Shown one piece after another: positions 29,801 to 39,845 of a stretch of DNA of 64,000 nucleotides. Source of the DNA: Nemertoderma westbladi (lineage: Eukaryota > Animalia > Xenacoelomorpha). The stretch lies in the NCBI GenBank assembly GCA_032718475.1, contig JAUCBJ010000916.1, forward strand, positions 124,001 through 188,000, in the 5' to 3' direction. The first letter of the stretch is position 1, and every line of letters begins with the position of its first letter. The notes under the pieces were generated by a model. That model was not told where the DNA came from. It was given only the letters and a program-made list of their open reading frames with translations, and did not search any database. The position numbers and the translations under genes were made by a program.

Positions 29801-32800
29801 GCTGGATCAATCAATCACATACACCCCCGTCACGCCTATCCTATTACATGGGCTGGATCACTCAATCACATACACCCCCGTCACGCCTATCCTATTACAG
29901 GGTCTGGATCACTCAATCACATACACCACCGTCACGCCTATCCTATTTCAGGGTCTGGATCACTCAATCACATACACCCCGGTCACGCCTATCCTATTAC
30001 AGGGCCTGGATCACTCAATGACATACACCCCCGTCACGCCCATCCTATTACGGGTGCTCGATAACTCAATCACATACACCCCCGTCACGCCTATCCTATT
30101 ACAGGGGCTGTATCATTCAATCACATACACCCCTGTCACGCCTATCCTATTACAGTGGCTCGATCACTCAATCACATACACCCCCGTCACGCCTATCCTA
30201 TTACAGGGGCTGGATCACTCAATCACATACACCACCGTCACGCCTATCCTATTTCAGGGTCTGGATCACTCAATCACATACACCCCGGTCACGCCTATCC
30301 TATTACAGGGCCTGGATCACTCAATGACATACACCCCCGTCACGCCCATCCTATTACGGGTGCTCGATAACTCAATCACATACACCCCCGTCACGCCTAT
30401 CCTATTACAGGGGCTGTATCATTCAATCACATACACCCCTGTCACGCCTATCCTATTACAGTGGCTCGATCACTCAATCACATACACCCCCGTCACGCCT
30501 ATCCTATTACAGGGGCTGGATCACTCAATCACATACACCCCCGTCACGGCTATCCTATTACAGGGGCTGGATCACTCAATCACATACACCCCCGTCACGC
30601 CTATCCTATTACAGGGGCTGGATCACTCAATCAAATACTCCCCCGTTACGCCTATCCTATTACAGGGGCTGGATCACTCAATCACATACACCCCCGTCAC
30701 GGCTATCCTATTACAGGGGCTGGATCACTCAATCACATACACCCCCGCCACGCCTATCCTATTACAGGGGCTGGATCACTCAATGACATACACCCCCGTC
30801 ACGCCCATCCTATTACGGGTGCTCGATAACTCAGTCACACACACCCCCGTCGCGCCTATCCTATTACAGGGTCTGGATCACTCAATCACATACACCCCCG
30901 TCACGCCTATCCTATTACAGGGGCTGGATCATTCAATCACATACACCCCCGTCACGCCTATCCTATTACGGGTGCTCGATAACTCAATCACACACACCCC
31001 CGTCACGCCTATCATATTACAGGGTCTGGATCACTCAATCACATACACCCCCGTCACGCCTATCCTATTACATGGGCTGAATCACTCAATCACATACACC
31101 CCCGTCACGCCTATCCTATTACATGGTCTGGATCACTCAATCACATACACCCCCATCACGCCTATCCTATTACGGGGGCTCGATATCTCAATCACACACA
31201 CCCCCGTCACGCCTATCCTATTACAGGGTCTGGATCACTCAATCACATACACCCCCGTCACGCCTATCATATTACAGGGGCTCGATAACTCAATCACACA
31301 CACCCCCGTCACGCCTATCCTATTACATGGGCTGGATCACTCAATCACATACACCCCCGTCACGCCTATCCTATTACAAGGGCTGGATCACTCAATCACA
31401 TACACCCCCGTCACGGCTATCCTATTACAGGGGCTGGATCACTCAATCACATACACCCCCGTCACGCCTATCCTATTACAGGGGCTGGATCTCTTAATCA
31501 CATACTCCCCCGTCACGCCTATCCTATTACAGGGGCTGGATCACTCAATCACATACACCCCCGTCATGGCTATCCTATTACAGGCGCTGGATCACTCAAT
31601 CACATACACCCCCGTCACGCCTATCCTATTACAGGGACTGGATCACTCAATGACATACACCTCCATCACGCCTATCCTATTACAGGGGCTGGATCACTCA
31701 ATGACACACACCCCCGTCACTCCTATCCTATTACGGGGGGTCGATAACTCAATCACACACACCCCCGTCACGCCTATCCTATTACAGGGTCTGGATCACT
31801 CAATCACATACACCCCCGTCACGCCTATCCTATTACAGGGGCTGGATCACTCAATCACATACACCCCCGTCACGCCTATCCTATTACAGGGGCTGGATCA
31901 CGCAATCACAAACACCCCCGTCACGCCTATCCTATTACAAGGGCTGGATCACTCAATCACATACAACCCCGTCATGCCTATCCTATTACAGGGTCTGGAT
32001 CGCTCAATCACATACACCCCCGTCACGCCTATCCTATTACAGGGTCTGGATCTCTCAATCACATACACCCCCGTCACGCCTATCCTATTACAGGGTCTGG
32101 ATCATTCAATCACATACACCCCCGCCACGCCTATCCTATTACAGGGGCTGGATCACTCAATCACATACACCCCCGTCACGCCTATCATATTACAGGGACT
32201 GGATCACTCAATCACATACACCCCCGTCACGCCTATCCTATTACAGGGGCTGGATCACTCAATCACATACACCCCCGTCACGCCTATCCTATTACAGGGG
32301 CTGGATCACTCAATCACATACACCCCCGTCACGCCTATCCTATTACAGGGTCTGGATCACTCAATCACATACACCCCGGTCACTCCTATCCTATTACAGG
32401 GGCTGGATCACTCAATCACATACAACCCCGTCACGCCTATCCTATTACAAGGGCTGGATCACTCAATCACATACACCCCCACCACGCCTATCCTATTACA
32501 GGGTCTGGATCACTCAATCACATACACCCCCGTCATGCCTATCCTATTACGGGGGCTCGATAACTCAATCACACACACCCCCGTCACGCCTATCCTATTA
32601 CAGGGTCTGGCTAGATCACTCAATCACATACACCCCCGTCACGCCTATCATATTACAGGGGCTCGATAACTCAATCACACACACCCCCGTCACGCCTATC
32701 CTATTACATGGGCTGGATTACTCAATCACATACTCCCCCGTCATGCCTATCCTATTACAGGGGCTGGATCACTCAATCACATACACCCCCGTCACAGCTG

Positions 32801-34032
32801 TCCTATTACAGGCGCTGGATCACTCAATCACATACACCCCCGTCACGCCTATCCTATTACAGGGACTGGATCACTCAATGACATGCACCTCCGTCACGCC
32901 TATCCTATTACAGGGGCTGGATCACTCAATGACATACACCCCCGTCATGCTTATCCTATTACGGGGGCTCGATAACTCAATCACACACACCCCCGTCACG
33001 CCTATCCTATTACAGGGTCTGGATCACTCAATCACATACAACCCCGTCACGCCTATCCTATTACAGGGTCTGGATCACTCAATCACATACACCCCGGTCA
33101 CGCCTATCCTATTACATGGGCTGGATCACTCAATCACATACACCCCCTCACGCCTATCATATTACAGGGGCTCGATAACTCAATCAAACACACCCCCAAC
33201 ACGCCTATCCTATTACAGGGGCTGGATCACGCAATCACAAACACCCCCGTCACGCCTATCCTATTACAAGGGTTGGATCACTCAATCACATACAACCCCG
33301 TCATGCCTATCCTATTACAGGGTCTGGATCTCTCAATCACATACACCCCCGTCACGCCTATCATATTACAGGGGCTCGATAACTCAATCACATACACCCC
33401 CGTCACGCCTATCCTATTACAGGGGCTGGATCACTCAATCACATACACCCCCGTCACGCCTATCCTATTACAGGGGCTGGATCACTCAATCACATACACC
33501 CCCGTCACGCCTATCCTATTACAGGGTCTGGATCACTCAATCACATACACCCCGGTCACTCCTATCCTATTACAGGGGCTGGATCACTCAATCACATACA
33601 ACCCCGTCACGCCTATCCTATTACAAGGGCTGGATCACTCAATCACATACACCCCCACCACGCCTATCCTATTACAGGGGCTGGATCACGCAATCACAAA
33701 CACCCCCGTCACGCCTATCCTATTACAAGGGCTGGATCACTCAATCACATACAACCCCGTCATGCCTACCCTATTACAGGGTCTGGATCTCTCAATCACA
33801 TACACCCCCGTCACGCCTATCCTATTACAGGGTCTGGATCATTCAATCACATACACCCCCGTCACGCCTATCCTATTACATGGGCTGGATCACTCAATCA
33901 CACACACCCCCGTCACGCCTATCCTATTACAGGGTCAGGATCACTCAATCACATACATCCCCGTCACGCCTATCCTGTTACGGGGGCTGGATCACTCAAT
34001 CACATACACCCCCGTCACGGCTATCCTATTAC
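2836..34032. repeat. 51-bp satellite array 1, main block (~600 monomers)
   Basis: Continuous head-to-tail copies of CACTCAATCACATACACCCCCGTCACGCCTATCCTATTACAGGGGCTGGAT with a few substitutions each; interrupted only at 20503-20796. Confidence 0.99.
20503..20796 (+). mobile_element. 5'-truncated non-LTR retrotransposon (RTE-clade LINE) 3' end inserted in the satellite
   Basis: Encodes ...RLRFAGHCFRREDQPVHNLVLWQPHGVNKHGGQPMTFLRRILKDTDLKDADDLANVMSDRELWR..., the typical RTE ORF C-terminus (RLRFAGH, LW.P.HG, G.P..T, M.DR..WR). Stop at 20749-20751, short 3' UTR, (TAG)5 tail at 20782-20796. TSD TATCCTATTA (20493-20502) / TATCCTAGTA (20797-20806). Confidence 0.9.
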
Positions 34033-34084
34033 TACGGAAGCCCACAGTGGCCACTAAACTTCACACATAAGAACTGCTCTCAAT

Positions 34085-34433
34085 ATGTGTGAGAGGTTGT
34101 CTTTTGTGTGTGAGAGGTTGTCTTTGTGTGTGAGAGGTTGTCTTTGTGTGTGAGAGGTTGTCTTTGTGTGTGAGAGGTTATCTTTGTGTGTGAGAGGTTG
34201 TCTTGGTGTGTGAGAGGTTGTCTTTGTGTATGAGAGGTTGTCTGTGTGTGAGAGAGGTTGTCTTTGTGTGAGAGGTTGTCTTTGTGTGTGAGGTTGTCTT
34301 GGTGTGTGAGAGGTTGTCTTTGTGTGTGAGAGGTTGTCTTTGTGTGAGAGGTTGTCTTTGTGTGTGAGAGGTTGTCTTTGAGTGTGAGAGGTTGTCTTTG
34401 AGTGAGAGGTTGACTTTGTGTGTGAGAGGTTGT
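34085..34433. repeat. Left subterminal 20-bp tandem repeat of the transposon (~17 units)
   Basis: (TCTTTGTGTGTGAGAGGTTG)n directly inside the left TIR. Confidence 0.95.
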
Positions 34434-35272
34434 CAGCTCCGCAATTCAACAATTATATTAAAAAATGCGCGAAATTTGCCTGTAGGCTTAGCTATAAATA
34501 GGCCTGTATGCTTACGGCTGTAGTAGTGCAGTAGTGCATACTGCTGTCGTGTGGTTAACGCTGTAACGGTAGGCCTGTAAAGGTTTGGACGTTGTCTTTG
34601 TTATGATGAAAATAATATAGTTTTGGTTCTGGTTTTTAATGTCTAACTTTCAACTTATTATTACGGTCTCCAAATATAATTTTACCGGTAATTAAATCTA
34701 TTCTATTTCTCTTTCTCTCTCCCTCCTAATGAAAGTTAGATGCAGTATTTAAGCAAGCTAGTGTTAGTGGTTTCTTGCAGCAGACATGTGAGATGTCACT
34801 CTGATAAATATCTGTTTAATTGACATCTACTGTATAAGGGCTATTATTGGGACTACATCTGTTTTGCACATGAAATCAACATGCTGTATCTTAAGTAAAT
34901 AAATAAGGTGTTTTGCTTTGTAGAAAGATAGGTAAAATGTCTCGACTAACAATTTTATGAAAATACTAAATTTGATTTTGTGATTAAATTATTTCTAAGC
35001 TTCCTTGACTATTCGGCATGCACTACAGGCCTACTGCTGTGTGCTGTACTGTTGCTGTGTTGGTTGGTTGTAGTTCTACCTGTCTGTCGCCTGTTGGTTC
35101 GGTACCAATTCTTAAATTCTAACTGTATTTGTAAACACCGTCTTACAATGTCAGAATGTTGTGTTCTAGATGCCACAGTGTTGTACCTATCGGATCCGTA
35201 TTTTGTAACCTCTGAGGGGAATAGATTCAACGCGGCAGCGACGAGAGACTGACCACTCTGGAGGAGACGCTA

Positions 35273-35632
35273 ATGCGATTTCGGGAATTTCTATCAGAGA
35301 AGAAGAAAGGCCATCTTCAGCCGGTGCCGTCGTCCAGTCCAAAGCGCTCAAAAACGGATGCTGATGTGTCAGTGAATATCGGAGCCTGTGTTTATACCAA
35401 CAACATTCGCATTTTAAAACAAGTCTGGCGGAAGACTATACAACTAACTATCTCTAAAAATGCAAATTATGGTGAACTTCTCGAATTATCGATACGGAAA
35501 TACCGAGCCCTTTATAAAGATGTATTTAAATCCTCCATTCCTGATGATAGATTAATGCTATTAAATATATGGACAAGACACCCGCAGATAAGTTGCCGAT
35601 TGACAAGGGGGACTTTATATTAACAAAATATC
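35273..35632 (+). pseudogene. Frameshifted, truncated accessory-protein ORF remnant of the transposon
   Basis: MRFREFLSEKKK...VSVNIGACVY...LKQVWRKTIQLTISKNANYGELLELSIRKY...LMLL, then a frameshift near 35563 into YMDKTPADKLPIDKGDFILTKY, cut off by the right subterminal repeats. The sequence is protein-like and non-repetitive and has a basic NLS-like PKRSK. Confidence 0.55.
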
Positions 35633-35876
35633 ACACACAAAGACAACCTCTCACACACCAAGACAACCTCACACACAAAGACAACCTCTCACACAAAGAC
35701 AACCTCTCTCACACACAGACAACCTCTCATACACAAAGACAACCTCTCACACACCAAGACAACCTCTCACACACATAGACAACCTCTCACACATAATGGT
35801 CAACCTCTCACACACAAAGACGACCTCTCACACATAAAGACAACTTCTCACACACAAAGACAACCTTCTCACACAT
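35631..35876. repeat. Right subterminal 20-bp tandem repeat, inverted relative to the left one (~12 units)
   Basis: (CACACAAAGACAACCTCTCA)n, the reverse complement of the left units. Confidence 0.95.
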
Positions 35877-35928
35877 ATTGAGAGCAGTTCTTATGTGTGA
35901 AGTTTAGTGGCCACTGTGGGCTTCCGTA

Positions 35929-36270
35929 TATTACAGGGTCTGGATCATTCAATCACATACACCCCCGTCACGCCTATCCTATTACAGGGTCTGGATCACT
36001 CAATCACATACACCCCCGTCACGCCTATCATATTACAGGGTCAGGATCACTCAATCACATACATCCCCGTCACGCCTATCCTGTTACGGGGGCTGGATCA
36101 CTCAATCACATACACCCCCGTCACGGCTATCCTATTACAGGGTCTGGATCACTCAATCACATACAACCCCGTCATGCCTATCCTATTACAGGGTCTGGAT
36201 CACTCAATCACATACATCCCCGTCCTAGCTATCCTATTACAGGGTCTGGATCACGCAATCACATCAACCC
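35929..36270. repeat. Terminal ~6.5 monomers of 51-bp array 1, distal to the transposon
   Basis: The monomer resumes in register after the TSD and degenerates at ...CACGCAATCACATCAACCC. Confidence 0.95.
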
Positions 36271-37245
36271 ATATCGCGTTTTTTTCAGTCACTGTTTGCC
36301 GATGTAGTTGTGTTTAGTGTTTGTGATTTTACATGCATCACGAAGATATACAATTTAATGAACGCCTTTATGTACCTACTGTATAAACTCTTAACAAGTT
36401 TGTTGCCAGTTCGTTTTCGTAGAAATTGATCCGATATTATTTTTAGGTATTATGGACGTTTATAATAGGGCCTTACAATCAATAGCATTGAAATGATTTG
36501 GCATGTAGCAACTTGTATGGAAATAATACACAATTCGTTTACATTGTCAACCACATCCCTTTGTATGTAGAAGAAACCTCCTCGACAATAGGGCAGGAGG
36601 GTAGCATTGGGACGGGAATGGAATATGTATTTCTTAATTAGTTGGTTCTCATAGAATTCACTGAAGTTCGCCAAGATAATGAATGAAGTCTATTATACAT
36701 AACATAATGCAGTGGGCTATTATTCTATAAGCCACTCATAGCCTGCACGTGCACAATGCACGTTTATTATTACAAACCTATACATACAAGGATGAGACTC
36801 GACCAACTTTGCTAATTAAGGGGGTCTTAACTCTGAAAAGAATTTGAAATGAATTTGGCATCCCACGTGTACTAGGCAGGCCCTATACCAGATCACAGTT
36901 ATAGTTACTGTATAATGAATCTATAGAAATGGTAAAGTAATTGATGGCGACTAAAAATATTTACTTGGAAAATCAGCAAACTGTCATAGAATAAACAATC
37001 TGCATAATAATGCATTACAATGATTCTACGAACATACTTTGATAAATGCGATGTGACATACCATGCCTAGCGAGCTTTACCATGCCTAAGCCATGAAATA
37101 CCGACACAATTCTATCGGTTCCAGGTAGGGCTGGTTATCCCGGTAACCCGGGATCCCGGAAGAAAATGCAATCCTGAAATCGGGAATTTAGTTAGAGCTT
37201 TTCTACAGTCTGACAGTAGCAATTTAATATATCGTGACGTATATA

Positions 37246-39452
37246 TGCCTGTGTAACACAATACTATCAGCTTGTGTCACACAATACTATCAGCTTGTGT
37301 CACACAACAATACTATCAGCTTGTGTCACACAATACTATCAGCTTGTGTCATACAATACTCTCTGCCTATGCCACACAATACTCTCTGAGTGTGTGACTC
37401 AATACTCTCTGCCTGTTTCACACAATACTATCAGCTTGTGTCATACAATACTATCTGTCTGTGTCACACAATACTCACTGCCTGTGTCACACAATACTAT
37501 CAGCTTGTGTCACACAATACTATCAGCTTGTGTCACACAATACTATCAGTTTGTGTCATACAATACTCTCTACCTGTGCCACACAATACTCTCTGAGTGT
37601 GTGACTCAATACTCTCTGCCTGTTTCACACAATACTATCAGCTTGTGTCATACAATACTCTCTCTCTGTGTCACACAATACTCTCTGCCTGTGTCACACA
37701 ATACAATCAGATTGTGTCATACAATACTATCTGTCTGTGTCACACAATACTCACTGCCTGTGTCACACAATACTATCAGCTTGTGTCACACAATAATATC
37801 AGCTTGTGTCACACAATACTATCAGCTTGTGTCACACAATACTATCAGCTTGTGTCACACAATACTATCAGCTTGTGTCACACAATACTATCAGCTTGTG
37901 TCACACAATACTATCAGCTTGTGCCACACAATACCATCAGCTTGTGTCACACAATAGTCTTGCTTGTGTCACACAATACTCTCTGCTTGTGTTACTAAAT
38001 ACTATCAGCTTGTGTCACACAATACTATCAGCTTGTGTCACACAATACTATCAGCTTGTGTCACACAATACTATCAGCTTGTGTCACACAATACTATCAG
38101 CTTGTGTCACACAATACTATCAGCTTGTGCCACACAATACCATCAGCTTGTGTCACACAATAGTCTTGCTTGTGTCACACAATACTCTCTGCTTGTGTTA
38201 CTAAATACTATCAGCTTGTGTCACACAATACTATCAGCTTGTGTCATACAATAATCTCTGTCTGTGTCACACAATACTATCAGCTTGTGTCACACATTAC
38301 TATCAGCTTGTGTCACACAATAATCTCTACCTGTGCCACACAATATTCTCGCTGAGTGTGTGACTCAATAATGTCTGCATGTGTCACACAATACTATAAC
38401 CTTGTCTCACACAATACTATCAGCTTGTGTCACACAATACTCTCTACCTGTGCCACACAATACTCTCTGAGTGTGCCACTCAATAATCTCTGCCTGTGTC
38501 ACACAATACTATGAGCTTATGTCACACAATACTATCAGCTTGTGCCACACAATACTATCAGCTTGTGTAACACAATACTCTCTACCTGTGCCACACAATA
38601 CTCTCTGAGTGTGTGACTCAATAATCTCTGCCTGTTTCACACAATACTATCAGCTTGTGTCAGACAATACTCTCTGCCTGTGTCACACAATACTATCAGC
38701 TTGTGTCACACAATACTATCAGCTTGTGTCACACAATACTATCAGCTTGTGTCACACAATACTCTCTACCTGTGCCACACAATACTCTCTGAGTGTGTGA
38801 CTCAATACTCTCTGCCTATGTCACACAACACTATCAGCTTTTGTCATACAATACTCTCTGTCTGTGTCACACAATATTCTCTGCCGTGTCACACAATACT
38901 ATCAGCTTGTGTCACACAATACTATCAGCTTGTGTCACACAATACTATCAGCTTGTGTCACACAATACTATCAGCTTCTGTCACACAATACTATCAGCTT
39001 GTGTCACACAATACTATCAGCTTGTGTCACACAATACTATCAGCTTGTGTCACACAATACTATCAGCTTCTGTCACATAATACTATCAGCTTGTGTTACA
39101 CAATACTATCAGCTTGTGTCACACAATACTCTCCACCTGTGCCACACAATACTCTCTGCCTGTGTCACACAATCCTCTCTGCTTGTGTCACAGAATACTC
39201 TCTCTCTGTGTCACACAATACTCTCTGCCTGTGTCACTAAATACTATCAGCTTGTGTCACACAATCCTCTCTGCTTGTGTCACAGAATACTCTCTCTCTG
39301 TGTCACACAATACTCTCTGCCTGTGTCACTAAATACTATCAGCATGTGTCACACAATACTATCAGCTTCTGTCACACAATACTATCAGCTTGTGTCACAC
39401 AATACTATCAGCTTGTGTCACACAATACTCTCCACCTGTGCCACACAATACT
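37246..39452. repeat. 23-bp tandem repeat (~95 units) with an internal palindrome
   Basis: (CTTGTGTCACACAATACTATCAG)n, with variant units ...AATACTCTCTGCC and GAGTGTGTGACTCAAT. Local duplications of ~206-207 bp and 92 bp. Confidence 0.97.
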
Positions 39453-39845
39453 ATTTAATTTTATTCCACGCCTAACGGCACATAGTAAAAACAAAGTAGC
39501 ACAATATTACAATTATATATAAATACATAGCATAAAATTAATTAATTTGCTGACCCTACACTACAGACTACGCTATTCTAGAACAAGGACTACAAACTGT
39601 ATATACCGCACGAAGCAAAGAATTGTTCGAGTCTGTAACTCGGCCCTTAAGACTGGTACGGCATTTATATATTATATGACAAAACATAGGTATATTTAAG
39701 ACACCAAAAGTGAGAGACATACTGGTTGGCTCATCGTTTGTCAAACGAGGAACCTTAAAAAGTAGCCTAGCACAGTTGTTATAAGCAACCCTCAATTTAT
39801 CAAAAACACGCTGGGTGTAATTACGTCGAGCCCATAGACTACAAC
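39453..39845 (-). mobile_element. 3' fragment of a second non-LTR retrotransposon (RTEX-like LINE): ORF C-terminus plus 3' UTR
   Basis: Minus-strand peptide CCSLWARRNYTQRVFDKLRVAYNNCARLLFKVPR...SMSLTFGVLNIPMF...RVTDSNNSLL matches the post-RT pattern C.LW..Y....L.VAYN...R.L...PR..S.S..F....P.F......R...S.N. Stop at 39568-39570, T-rich 3' UTR, AATAAA plus a short A-rich end at ~39453-39465. The clade assignment is from memory. Confidence 0.8.

Larger units (their letters stand above)
34033..35928. mobile_element. Non-autonomous TIR DNA transposon, 1,896 bp, IS3EU-like
   Basis: Perfect 62-bp TIRs (34033-34094 / 35867-35928, TACGGAAGCCCACAGTGGCCACTAAAC...). Exact 6-bp TSD TATTAC (34027-34032 / 35929-35934). 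TAY..RTA termini with a 6-bp TSD is the IS3EU signature as I recall it. No transposase ORF present. Confidence 0.9.

Noticed and set aside
34054-34452. His/Thr-rich ORF here and its mirror at 35569-35778
   Set aside because: They are mostly translations of the 20-bp subterminal repeats.
37274-39522. Cys/His-rich ORFs as zinc-finger or metallothionein-like proteins
   Set aside because: They are translations of the 23-bp repeat, cycling through frames every 69 bp.
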